From an uncultured Chloroflexia bacterium (lineage in GTDB: Bacteria; Chloroflexota; Limnocylindria; Limnocylindrales; CSP1-4), in the NCBI GenBank assembly GCA_963752475.1, contig CAVVYR010000002.1:1-20991 (forward strand): DNA of 20,991 nt, given 5' to 3'. The notes under the pieces are model-generated. The model did not search any database, was not told the DNA's origin, and saw only the letters and a program-made list of their open reading frames with translations. This document shows, piece by piece, positions 9,487-18,611 of the stretch. Every line of letters begins with the position of its first letter. Position 1 is the first letter of the stretch. Made by a program: the position numbers and the translations under genes.

Positions 9487-10521
9487 TCAGTCCGCGACGC
9501 TGACGAGTGGCTCCACCTGGGAGTGGACCTGACGCAGGACGGGAGCCATCTCCCTGAACATCTCCAGGGTCAGGCTCTGCGGACCATCCGAGAGCGCATC
9601 GTCGGGGTTGGGATGGACCTCGACCATGATGCCGTCGGCCCCACCGGCGACCGCGGCCACCGACATCGGAGGCACCAACCACCGCTGGCCCGTGGCATGG
9701 GACGGGTCGACCACGACCGGGAGGTGCGTCAGCTTATGCAGCAGCGGCACAGCCGTGAGGTCGAGGGTGTTGCGGGTGTACTTCTCGAACGTGCGGATGC
9801 CGCGCTCACAGAGGATCACGTTGGGATTGCCCGAGCTGACGATGTACTCCGCCGCCATGAGCCACTCTTCGACGGTGGCGCTGATGCCGCGCTTGAGCAT
9901 GACCGGCTTCTCGGTGCGGCCGGCAGCCATGAGCAGCGAGAAGTTCTGCATGTTGCGCGCGCCGATCTGGAGGATGTCCGCGTGCAGCTCGACCTGCGTG
10001 ATCTGGCTCGGCTCCATGACCTCGGTGATGACCGGCAGACCGGTCTCGGCGCGGGCTTCAGCGAGGAAGCGGACGCCATCCATGCCCAGACCCTGGAAGC
10101 TGTAAGGGCTCGTCCGAGGCTTGAAGGCACCGCCGCGCAACACCGTCGCGCCAGCCTCCGCGACCGCCGTGGCTGTGCGCATCAGCTGGTCGCGGCTCTC
10201 GATGGCGCAGGGGCCGGCCATGATCGTCAGCGAGCCACCGCCGATGGTCGTGTTGCCCACCTCGATGACCGTGTCCTGCGGGTGGAAGTCACGCGAGGTC
10301 AGCTTGAAGGGCTTGCTGATGGGTGTGACCGACTCGACCCCGGGCAGGACGGCGAGGTGTGCCATGACCTGTTCCTTGCGCGGTCCGACGTCGCCGACGA
10401 CGCCGATGATCACGCGCTGCTCGCCACGGCTCTCGTGGGGCGTGAGTCCATCGGCCTCGATGTGGCGACGGACCTCCTGGACCTCTTCCTCGGTCGCTCC
10501 GACCGACATCACGACCAGCAT
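9487..10521 (-). CDS. aroF: 3-deoxy-7-phosphoheptulonate (DAHP) synthase, class I-beta, with N-terminal ACT/ferredoxin-like regulatory domain
   Basis: [40 protein letters not shown] and EVHPNP..ALSDG; N-terminal MLVVM...[14 protein letters not shown] domain; SD AAGGAG. Confidence 0.96.
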   Translation of the reverse strand: MLVVMSVGATEEEVQEVRRHIEADGLTPHESRGEQRVIIGVVGDVGPRKEQVMAHLAVLPGVESVTPISKPFKLTSRDFHPQDTVIEVGNTTIGGGSLTIMAGPCAIESRDQLMRTATAVAEAGATVLRGGAFKPRTSPYSFQGLGMDGVRFLAEARAETGLPVITEVMEPSQITQVELHADILQIGARNMQNFSLLMAAGRTEKPVMLKRGISATVEEWLMAAEYIVSSGNPNVILCERGIRTFEKYTRNTLDLTAVPLLHKLTHLPVVVDPSHATGQRWLVPPMSVAAVAGGADGIMVEVHPNPDDALSDGPQSLTLEMFREMAPVLRQVHSQVEPLVSVAD

Positions 10522-10578
10522 GCGGTCGACTCCTTCCTCGGGATCAGCTCAGGCCACTGAAGGGCCGGATGGATGTGC

Positions 10579-11304
10579 TCAGGCTTCGCGGTCGGGCACC
10601 GTGTGGAAGAGCTCCGCCTCAGGCTCGCCCTCCAGGACGCGGATGAGTCTCGCCGGGCGCAGACCAAGGGTCGCGCGCCCGCGAGGACCTTCGAGGGTCA
10701 GGGAATCCGTCGACTCGGAACGCGCAAGGATCGTCACCTGCGCACCGGGCCGAAGGCCTCGCGCCTGAAGGTACGACACCAACCCGCCGTCTTCCTCGGC
10801 AGCCTCGGTGATGCGATAGACGGTCGCTCGTACGCCCGCGTCCACGTCACTCAACGGCAGGCCATCGGGGCGTCTCCTCGCGATGGCCTCATCGATCGGG
10901 TTGCCGTGCGGACACGTCTCCGGATGGCCCAGGAGCTCATCGAGGGCCGCTTCGACACGGGGCGAGATATGGGCCTGCAGCCGGATGGCCTCCGGATCGA
11001 TCTCTGCCCAGGGGATGCCCAGCACGGATGCCAGCAGCCACTCGGCCAAGGCATGGCGGCGGTAGATGGCGTCCGCCTCCTGGTTGCCCTTGGTCGTCAG
11101 GCAGACGTTGCGCTGCTCGCCGATCTCGACGAGGCCGGCACCCGAGAGGCGTCGCAGCATCTCGCTCGTCGCCTGCGGAGAGACGCTCATCCGCCGCGCG
11201 AGGTCGGCTGCGCTGAGCGGGTCACCACCACGCGACTGGCGGATGGCCAGCAGGTACGCCTGCTCGGCGGCGGAGGTCTCTGGTCGCTCGCGGTTCCCGT
11301 TCAC
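10579..11304 (-). CDS. DtxR/MntR-family transcriptional regulator with C-terminal FeoA/SH3-like domain (primary metal ligands degenerate)
   Basis: EQAYLLAI...DLARRMSVSPQATSEMLRRL (wHTH), LTTKG...YRRHALAEWLL, LGHPETCPHGNPI and YLQARGLRPG (FeoA). GTG 11304 is the likely start. Confidence 0.92.
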   Translation of the reverse strand: MNGNRERPETSAAEQAYLLAIRQSRGGDPLSAADLARRMSVSPQATSEMLRRLSGAGLVEIGEQRNVCLTTKGNQEADAIYRRHALAEWLLASVLGIPWAEIDPEAIRLQAHISPRVEAALDELLGHPETCPHGNPIDEAIARRRPDGLPLSDVDAGVRATVYRITEAAEEDGGLVSYLQARGLRPGAQVTILARSESTDSLTLEGPRGRATLGLRPARLIRVLEGEPEAELFHTVPDREA

Positions 11305-11310
11305 GCCTAC

Positions 11311-11316
11311 AGGATA
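11311..11316 (-). promoter_or_regulatory. Putative -10 hexamer TATCCT 6 nt upstream of the GTG start (leaderless transcript)
   Basis: Minus strand reads TATCCT-GTAGGC-GTG, with no clear SD. Confidence 0.55.
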
Positions 11317-11360
11317 GGACGACGGCCACGTCAGGGAGCGGCTGAAGCGACGACCGTCGC

Positions 11361-13745
11361 TCAGAACGAACGGTCCCGCACGATCTTCCCCAGCTCCAGC
11401 CGACCGACCGCGCGCAGGGCGGGCCACTGCGAGAGCAGCCCGACCACGATGATGGCCACCGACGTGAGTGCGAAGGTCATCGGCCGGACGTATAGCTCGA
11501 AGGCGAACATGTCGGAACTGAAGGCGTACATGAAGACCCAGGCCAGGACCCAGCCGAAGATGAGGCCCGGCACGAGCCCCACGATCGTCAGCAACAGGTT
11601 CTGGATCGTCACCATGGAGCCGATGGCCCGCCGCGAAAGACCGAGCGTGCGCAAGACGGCCAGCTCCCCCTGACGCTCGGAGATGTTGGCCGACATCGTG
11701 TTGTAGATGAGCGCGAAGGCCAGCACGCCGCCAAGCACGATCATCACGCCCACGAAGGCGTAGAACAGTCCCATGTACTCCTGCACCAGCTCGTACAGCG
11801 CGTCCGAATCGACGAAGGCCTGGACGCCCGCGATGGCACTCAACGATGCGCGCATCGTCGAGCCGTCCACGCCATCCGCGAACGTGAGCATCAGCAGGTT
11901 CGACGGATCGGTGCCGGCCGCCGACACACCAAGAGCGGCCTCCACCGCCCCGATCGCGTATGGCAGTGAGGTGTACGCGTTCGTCCCCAGCGGCTCTCTC
12001 ACGAAACCGGCCACAGGCACGCTCTCGAGCAGACCCAAACTGGCGATCTGCAGATCCACCGTCTCGCCGACCTTGACGCCGAGGGCTCCCTCGAGCGCCT
12101 GGCCGAGCACGATGCCCTCCTCCGGCACTGGTAGAACGCGGCCATCGGCGTCCAACAGGACGTGCATCTCGGCCTCGGGCTCGAGCGCGGTCAACGTGGT
12201 CGTGTAGGAACCGTCAGGACCGACCACCGATACCGGGACGACCAGCGCTTCCTCGACCCCGGTGACACCGTCCACAGCACGCACGTCGGTGGCGATCTGC
12301 TCCGCTGGGCGGCCGGCGACGTGCAGCTGTGCGTCGTAGTGCTGGATCTGCACGAACTGGCGATCGAGCAGGACCTGCACGCTGTCGATGAAGCCCCACG
12401 AGACGATGACCAGCATCGTGGCCAGCATCACGCCCACGACCGACGCCACGCTGCGTCGGCGTGCACGCCCGAGGCCGCGGATGGCCGAGAGCCAACGCAC
12501 CGGCAGCCGGCGCAAAGGCGGGATGATCCGCTCGAGCAGCGACTCACCCCCGCCACCTGGAGGCAGCTGGCCGCGCATAGCCGTGGCCGGCGAGATGCGA
12601 CCCGCCTGCCTGGCCGGGAACCAGGCCGCGAGGAATCCGGTGACGACGCCGACGAGGAAGCCTGTCGCGACCGTCGCGGGTCGGATCTCCACGACTGCGG
12701 CGGGGATGCTCAAGGTAGTGGTGTACAGCCGGGTGATGCCCTCAGCCAGAAGGGCTCCGATGACCACGCCCACGACCGAGGCCACCACACCCACGACCAC
12801 GCCGATGGCAGCGTAGTGCCAGGTGATGGTGCGACTGCGGAAGCCGAGTGCGCGCATGGTGCCGATGTTCGCCACCTGCCCGGAGATCATCCGCCCCAGC
12901 ATCACGTAGGTGGCGAAGGCGGCGGCGATGAGGAAGAACGCTGGGAACATCACCGACATCTCGGCGAATCCCGAGACGTCCTCCTGGAGCGCGGCGTTCG
13001 AGGGTTGCTCGTCGAGCGTGAAGGCATCGAGCGCGCCGGCCGCGAGCACGGCCGCACGCGCGTCTTCGACGGCCTCCGCCGACGCGTCGTCGGCGAGACG
13101 GAAGAGCACTTCCGAGCGCTGGGCCGTGGGTGCCAGCTCTCGCACGAACGACTCCGACGCGAACACGACCCCGAAGTCATCGGGCAGGACCAGCACCTCC
13201 TGGCGGCTCTTGGCCGGCCACAGGTACTCGGGCGAGGCGGCCACGCCAAGGACCTGCGCCTCGGCCCAACCGTCGGGCGTGGAGATGGAGAGCGCCTCAC
13301 CAGGCTCGAGATCGAAGTGTGCCGCCATGTGCTGCTCGACCACCACACCGTGCGGCGTCCGCGGATCGAGGGTCGTGCCGACGGTGATCCGGATGTCGTT
13401 GACGGTCGACTGGCCCGACGACTGCATGCCCACCGCGCGACCGAGCATCGTGTGGTCCTCGCCGACGAGGAATGGAACGTCGGCCACGGTGCGAGCTGTC
13501 GAGGCCCGCAGCCCCGGCATCTGGTCGCCGGCGGCAAGCACCTCCTCGCGTGGGCCGCCGACCGCGGTGACGTGAGCGAAGCTGGTCTCGCGGTAGAGCT
13601 TCTCGTACGAGCCGGTCAGGTTGAGGAACGCGTCGAAGGATGCGTTGAACATGCCCACGCCCAGCGCGATGACCAGGGCCACGCTGAGGAACTGGGCTGG
13701 CCGTCGGCGGATGTCGCGCCAGAGCGCGCGTGACAAGTGGCTCAC
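11361..13745 (-). CDS. FtsX/MacB-like ABC transporter permease (duplicated architecture, about 8 TM)
   Basis: LWRDIRRRPAQFLSVALVIALGV, IGTMRALGF and NISERQGELAVLRTLG; two large extracytoplasmic loops; GTGA overlap with the ATPase stop. Confidence 0.92.
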   Translation of the reverse strand: MSHLSRALWRDIRRRPAQFLSVALVIALGVGMFNASFDAFLNLTGSYEKLYRETSFAHVTAVGGPREEVLAAGDQMPGLRASTARTVADVPFLVGEDHTMLGRAVGMQSSGQSTVNDIRITVGTTLDPRTPHGVVVEQHMAAHFDLEPGEALSISTPDGWAEAQVLGVAASPEYLWPAKSRQEVLVLPDDFGVVFASESFVRELAPTAQRSEVLFRLADDASAEAVEDARAAVLAAGALDAFTLDEQPSNAALQEDVSGFAEMSVMFPAFFLIAAAFATYVMLGRMISGQVANIGTMRALGFRSRTITWHYAAIGVVVGVVASVVGVVIGALLAEGITRLYTTTLSIPAAVVEIRPATVATGFLVGVVTGFLAAWFPARQAGRISPATAMRGQLPPGGGGESLLERIIPPLRRLPVRWLSAIRGLGRARRRSVASVVGVMLATMLVIVSWGFIDSVQVLLDRQFVQIQHYDAQLHVAGRPAEQIATDVRAVDGVTGVEEALVVPVSVVGPDGSYTTTLTALEPEAEMHVLLDADGRVLPVPEEGIVLGQALEGALGVKVGETVDLQIASLGLLESVPVAGFVREPLGTNAYTSLPYAIGAVEAALGVSAAGTDPSNLLMLTFADGVDGSTMRASLSAIAGVQAFVDSDALYELVQEYMGLFYAFVGVMIVLGGVLAFALIYNTMSANISERQGELAVLRTLGLSRRAIGSMVTIQNLLLTIVGLVPGLIFGWVLAWVFMYAFSSDMFAFELYVRPMTFALTSVAIIVVGLLSQWPALRAVGRLELGKIVRDRSF

Positions 13746-14464
13746 CACTGCAGCTCCGAGGCGTCGACCGGATCGGGCTGGAGCCGGTCCTCCACGATCG
13801 AGCCGGAGTGCAGGTGGATGACGCGGTCGGCCATCCGGGCGATGGCCGAGTTGTGCGTCACCAGCAGGACCGTCGAGCCGAAGCTCCGGGCCGCGCGGCG
13901 CAGGGCTCCGAGCACCTGTCGGCCGGTCTCCAGATCGAGCGAGCCGGTAGGCTCGTCGAGAAGCAGCACCGTGGGGCGCTTCACCAGCGCCCGGGCGATG
14001 GCTACCCGCTGCTGCTCACCACCCGAGAGCAGGCTCGGGAAGCGACCGGCGCGATCGACCAGGCCCACGGCTTCGAGCGACTCGGTGGCACCACGCTCGC
14101 CGACCCCGACGAGCTCGCCCACGAGCTGGACGTTCTCGAGCGCCGTGAGCGTCGGGATGAGGTTGAAGAATTGGAACACGAAGCCGACGTCGGTGCGGCG
14201 GTACTCGGTGAGCGCGGCCTCGTCGAGCCCACTGACCTCGTGTCGGTCGACGGTGATGGTGCCGGCCGTGACAGCCTCGATGCCGCCGATCAGGTTCATC
14301 AGCGTCGTCTTTCCCGAACCCGATGGTCCGAGCACGACCAGGAACTGGCCGCGCTCGATCTCGACGGAGGCATCGCGCAGGGCGTGAACCGCCAGATCGC
14401 CCTGGCCGAAGGTCTTGTCGACGTCCTCCAGGCGGATGACGGGTGCAGCGGCGTCTGTCGTCAT
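13742..14464 (-). CDS. ABC transporter ATP-binding protein (LolD/MacB type)
   Basis: [53 protein letters not shown] and VTHN; own SD (GGAGGAGAGG) before ATG 14464. Confidence 0.94.
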   Translation of the reverse strand: MTTDAAAPVIRLEDVDKTFGQGDLAVHALRDASVEIERGQFLVVLGPSGSGKTTLMNLIGGIEAVTAGTITVDRHEVSGLDEAALTEYRRTDVGFVFQFFNLIPTLTALENVQLVGELVGVGERGATESLEAVGLVDRAGRFPSLLSGGEQQRVAIARALVKRPTVLLLDEPTGSLDLETGRQVLGALRRAARSFGSTVLLVTHNSAIARMADRVIHLHSGSIVEDRLQPDPVDASELQW

Positions 14465-15085
14465 GTCCTCTCCTCCCCTGGTGGATCCGAGCAAACGGAT
14501 GAGCGTCTCGGCGGTAGCGGTGGCATCGAGGCTCTGGTCGGCCATGCGCTGGATGAGGAAGCCGTCGAGGAACGAGGCGATGACCGGGGTCAGCCGTTCG
14601 GCCGGGATGTCGTCGCGGACCACACCGCGCTCCTGGGCGACCACCAGCCTTGGCGCGAGCATCTCGCCCCAGGAACCCATGACGCCGCCCATGGCATCGG
14701 CCATCTCCGGTTCGCGCGTCACCTGCAGCATCGCCTCAGCCATGAGCACGCCGACGTCGGTACTCAGATCGAAGCGATCGAGCAGGCGCATGACGCGGTG
14801 GATGGACTCGGGCAGTGGGCGCTCGTCGAGGAGCTCGTCGATGAGCCGCCCCGTCTCCTGTTGAAGGCGCGTCATGACAGCTTCTCGCCGCAGGTTGGCG
14901 ACCGACCCGAAGTGATAGTGCACCAGCGCCTGGTTGACCCCGGCCCGGTCGGCCACGGCCCGCGTGGTCACACCACGCCAGCCGCGTTCGACCACGAGCG
15001 ATGCCGTAGCGGCCAGCAGCCGCTCTCGCGTCAGATCACCGCCGGCCGGCCGGTCTTCCGCGGTTTGGGCATTCGATTTAGGCAT
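14461..15085 (-). CDS. TetR/AcrR-family regulator; as assembled it reads in frame into the ATPase
   Basis: [46 protein letters not shown]; C-terminal [10 protein letters not shown]. One fewer G at 14475-14478 gives a TGA at 14461-14463 overlapping the ATPase ATG. Confidence 0.9.
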
Positions 15086-15092
15086 GTGCCCA

Positions 15093-15098
15093 AGGGTA
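15093..15098 (-). promoter_or_regulatory. Putative -10 hexamer TACCCT 7 nt upstream of the TetR ATG (leaderless transcript)
   Basis: Minus strand reads TACCCT-TGGGCAC-ATG, with no SD. Confidence 0.5.
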
Positions 15099-15142
15099 TC
15101 AGCCACAGGCAAGCAAGACCTTGGTGCCGGGGGCCAGCGGGC

Positions 15143-15684
15143 CTAGGGCTCGGGCGTGACCTCGTCACAGCGATCCCAGTCGACCGCACCTTCGATCCAC
15201 TGGGGCCGAAGGCAATCGACCGGCGACTCGGTCGGCACGGGCGTCTCCTCGACCATCATCCCGAAGCGCTGCCCGACGAGACGCGACTCGGCCGGCCAGG
15301 GATGCCAGTCATCGGGACGCGTGGCCTCGGTGGCGGTGGCGTAGAGCGCGATGCTGGTGCCATCGGGTGCGACCTGGGCCAGGACTCGAGCTGCTGCCCG
15401 GTGATCTCCACCTTGAGCGTGGCATCGAACTCATCCGGCCCAGCCGCCGGCATCCAGGTGCCTTTCGAGAGGACGTCACCGGGACCGGAGACCACCAACG
15501 CGCCGCTGGGCTGGAACGCCCACACGGCGCCGCCGACCTCATCCGCGGTGATCGACCAACGGCCGACGACAGGGTGATCCTCAGTGGCGTCCTGGGCCAC
15601 GCTGGTCAGGACGACGGCCGCGAGCAGCAGCGTGGCTGTGGCGATCGAAGTGACGACGGACCGACCGACTGATATGCGCGTCAT
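15143..15684 (-). CDS. Small secreted beta-rich hypothetical protein (~180 aa), frameshifted at ~15385
   Basis: Signal peptide MTRISVGRSVVTSIATATLLLAAVVLTSVA-QDATE, then HPVVGRWSI...KGTW. Adding one G at GAG|TC continues the frame as VLAQVAPDGTSIALYATATE...DCLRPQWIEGAVDWDRCDEVTPEP to TAG at 15143-15145. Confidence 0.75.
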
Positions 15685-15927
15685 GGTGACACCACCGTAG
15701 CAGGCGCAGGCAAAGGTGCGATCAAGGAACGGGGCGCCGGACGCAACGGGCGCCCGGCTCTCCCACTCGGCTGCCCGTGCTGGCAGCCCACGTGACCTCC
15801 GCATGCCGGGGCCGGATGGGACCTGGTCGCACCCGAAGCGCGCTGGTTCCGGTATGTCATCCGTGGCATATTGGGACGACCGCCCCGCGGGCGGACCGCT
15901 CCACGAGACCGACCACCCGAAGGACGT

Positions 15928-17943
15928 ATGAACGCACGACTGACGACGCTGGTCTCTCGCGCCCTCGGCCCTGACGCCAGCGTGCCCGGCCTGCCGCTGT
16001 TCCACGCGGGGCGATGGCTCAGCGATGACGCCGACCCACATGCACAGGTCGCGGCGGCATTCCTCATCGCGGCGGGCGGCGAGTCGCTCCCGGATCACGC
16101 TCAGGCCCAGCGCATCCTCGAGGATCCGCCGAGCGCTGCTGGCGAGGTCGCGGCGTTCTACCGCGACGCCCTCGACCTCGTCGACGCGGAGCTCGAGGAA
16201 GCCTTCGAGCGCGACGCCGAGCTCGCCCGCGAGTGGGACGCGGCTGCTGACGCCCTGGCCGCGGCAGGCACGGGCGAAGAGGCGTCCGAGGCCATCTGGC
16301 GAGCGCTGTTCCCGCAGGCGGTCGGTATCCGCCATCACGAGAACACGCACATCTCCGCCCTGCGACACCACCGTACCGTCGAGATCGAGGAACCGGCTCC
16401 CGAGCCCATCGCAGACCCCGCGCGAGAGGTGCTGTTCACGTCCAACGTGCTGCTGACGGTGCCCGACGAGTCGACCGACATCGAGGCCCTGCCCTACCCT
16501 GCCGAGCTGCGCGAGGCCATCCGAGCCGCCGCGGCCGAACCGCAGCGCTACTGGTTCGACCACCCCATCCAGATCGGCGTCGAGCCCGCCGCCAACGAGC
16601 TGCTCTACGGACTGCGCGGTCTCGATGCCGCCATCGCTGCCGAGGACGAGCCCGCGCGAGTCACCTGTCTGCTCTCGGTGAGCGTCACCCACGAAGGTCT
16701 CGCCGGCGTCGCCCGACGGTACGTCGAGGCGGAGCTGGCCCGTGACGGCGGCCTGCAGCATCTCGAGGTCGTCATCGTCACCGAGGACGAGACACGCCGT
16801 CTCGTGGACGAGGTCCTGCTGCCGGCGCTCCACGACCCAGCCGAAGAGGTCGCCGTGAGCTTGCGGCGCGTGGTCGGCGTGGACGGGCGCTACGGTCGCC
16901 ACTACAGCTTCCTCAAGGCCGTGGCTGCGTTGTGGCAGGCCTCGGTCGCGTCGGAGGTCCGGGCCACCTTCAAGATCGACCTCGATCAGGTCTTCCCGCA
17001 GGACGTGCTCAAGGCCGAGACGGGCAAGACCGTGCTCGAGCACCTGCGTACGCCGCTGTGGGGCGCCACCGCTCGCTCCGCCGACGGAGAGGAGCTGGAA
17101 CTGGGCATGCTCGCCGGCGCCCTCGTCAATGAGCGGGACATCGGGCATGGCCTCTTCACGCCGGACGTACCTATCCCGGAACGGTTGCCGGCACTCGACG
17201 AGCACGTCTTCTTCAGTCCATTGCCGCAGTCGATCTCGACGCGAGCGGAGATGATGGAGCGTTACGACGGAGCTTCCATCGACGGCCGGACGCGGGCGCT
17301 GGAGCGGGTCCACGTCACCGGCGGCACCAACGGCATCCGTATCGACGCGCTTCGGAAGCATCGTCCGTTCACACCGACCTGGGTCGGCCGCGCAGAGGAC
17401 CAGGCCTATCTCCTGTCAGCTCTGGGCCAGGCCGGACCTCGACTGGCATACGCGCATGCCGCAGGCCTCATCATGCGGCACGACAAGGAGGCCTTCGCAA
17501 ACCAGTCGATGGAAGCGGCGAAGATCGGCAAGCTCATCGGTGACGACGTCCGCATCCTCGTCTTCTCGGCCTACGTGTCGGCACTGGCCCGCACGGGGAT
17601 CGACGAGGCCGAGAGCCACCGACTGCTCGACCCATTCACCGGCTGTTTCGCGTCGGCGACACCGAAGACCCTGGTCGTCTTGCGGGTGGCGCTGCGTACC
17701 CTGCGGCTCTTCGGCTCAGGCAAGGTCGACGATGCGCGCGAGTACGCCACCCTCGCGGCCCAGCGAGTGACCGATGCGTTGGCGACCGATGGCGATCCCC
17801 GCATGGTGCAGCTGGCGCTGGCCGAGGAGCGGCAGGCCTGGAACGCCTACTACGACGCCATCGACGCCATCGAGGCCGACGGGTCCGAGCTGGCGGGACG
17901 AGCCAAGGCCATCCTCGACGAGTGCCGGGTGAAGACGGCCTAG
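15928..17943 (+). CDS. Hypothetical protein, 671 aa, with GT-A (glycosyltransferase-like) motif set
   Basis: ATG 15928 follows GAAGGA; typical GC3 codon usage; FKIDLDQ (DxD), VTGGTNG, GRAEDQ and IMRHDK in GT-A order. The CDS is secure; the function is inferred. Confidence 0.85.
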   Translation: MNARLTTLVSRALGPDASVPGLPLFHAGRWLSDDADPHAQVAAAFLIAAGGESLPDHAQAQRILEDPPSAAGEVAAFYRDALDLVDAELEEAFERDAELAREWDAAADALAAAGTGEEASEAIWRALFPQAVGIRHHENTHISALRHHRTVEIEEPAPEPIADPAREVLFTSNVLLTVPDESTDIEALPYPAELREAIRAAAAEPQRYWFDHPIQIGVEPAANELLYGLRGLDAAIAAEDEPARVTCLLSVSVTHEGLAGVARRYVEAELARDGGLQHLEVVIVTEDETRRLVDEVLLPALHDPAEEVAVSLRRVVGVDGRYGRHYSFLKAVAALWQASVASEVRATFKIDLDQVFPQDVLKAETGKTVLEHLRTPLWGATARSADGEELELGMLAGALVNERDIGHGLFTPDVPIPERLPALDEHVFFSPLPQSISTRAEMMERYDGASIDGRTRALERVHVTGGTNGIRIDALRKHRPFTPTWVGRAEDQAYLLSALGQAGPRLAYAHAAGLIMRHDKEAFANQSMEAAKIGKLIGDDVRILVFSAYVSALARTGIDEAESHRLLDPFTGCFASATPKTLVVLRVALRTLRLFGSGKVDDAREYATLAAQRVTDALATDGDPRMVQLALAEERQAWNAYYDAIDAIEADGSELAGRAKAILDECRVKTA

Positions 17944-18447
17944 ACCGAGGGCGGCTCCAACCCGAGCGTGGTTGCGATCGAGCCCAAAGCCGACCGCTCG
18001 GCGTCATTCACCACCACTCCGCCACGGCCCAGGAAACCCTGGTCCTCCTTGCCTGCCTGCGCGACGGTCACGGCGATCGCCAGCAGCCAGGCCTTGAAGC
18101 CGGCGGCCTCCTCTGCGGTGGCCTTCTCATCGAGGAGCCGCACGACGCGCCCGAGCACGATCATCGACTCGTCGAGCGCGCCCAGGCGCCGACGCCACCG
18201 CGAGGTAGTCCGCGAACACGTGGTCAGTCTCCAGTTGCGCCTGCAGCCACACAAGGATCGAGGTCACGAGCGTGTTGCCGACGAAGTCCGGCTGGCTCTT
18301 GAGGATGTAGTCGGCCGCAGCGAAGCCCTCGCTGACGGTCTCTTCCTGGCGCCCGGGACTCGCCGCCGAGACCGCCACCGCGGCTGATCGGATGGCTGAG
18401 CGGAGCAACTCCTGCTCTTCGTCGGTGTAGTCGGCAAGGACGGTCAT
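17940..18447 (-). CDS. Helical hypothetical protein (~168 aa), frameshifted at the C run 18181-18183
   Basis: ATG 18447 follows GAGGT. MTVLADYTDEEQELLRS...SAPG joins ALDESMIVL...EEAAGFKAWLLAIAVTVAQAGKEDQGFLGRGGVVVNDAERSAL if one base is removed. Its stop overlaps the convergent gene's stop on CTAG. Confidence 0.8.
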
Positions 18448-18545
18448 GGATACCTCGGCGGTGTCAGGTCGGTGAGCACCTAGCGTATCGGACACGGGTG
18501 AGCCTGAGTCCGTTCAAGCCCCGATCCCCTGAGACGGACCGGCCG

Positions 18546-18577
18546 AGGCCCGCCCTTCGGCGGGCGGGCCTTCTCTT
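18546..18577. terminator. GC-rich terminator-like hairpin downstream of RTX paralog A
   Basis: AGGCCCGCCC (18546-18555), loop TTCGGC, GGGCGGGCCT (18562-18571), followed by TCTCTT on the plus strand. Confidence 0.7.
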
Positions 18578-18611
18578 CGATCCTTGAAGGACGACGCCAG
18601 CCCGTCAGGCC

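Noticed and set aside
15108-15128. Imperfect palindrome GGCA..CAAG-AC-CTTG.TGCC as the TetR operator
   Set aside because: Position is plausible, but the symmetry is too weak to support without orthologs.
9454-15577. Long plus-strand ORFs 9454..10560, 10573..11673, 12162..13733 and 13730..15577
   Set aside because: Stop-poor antisense frames typical of high-GC genes, with no motifs, lying opposite well-identified genes.
15256-17361. 701-aa minus-strand ORF
   Set aside because: Mostly antisense to the 15928..17943 gene; only the part from ATG 15684 is a plausible gene, and its listed stop results from a frameshift.
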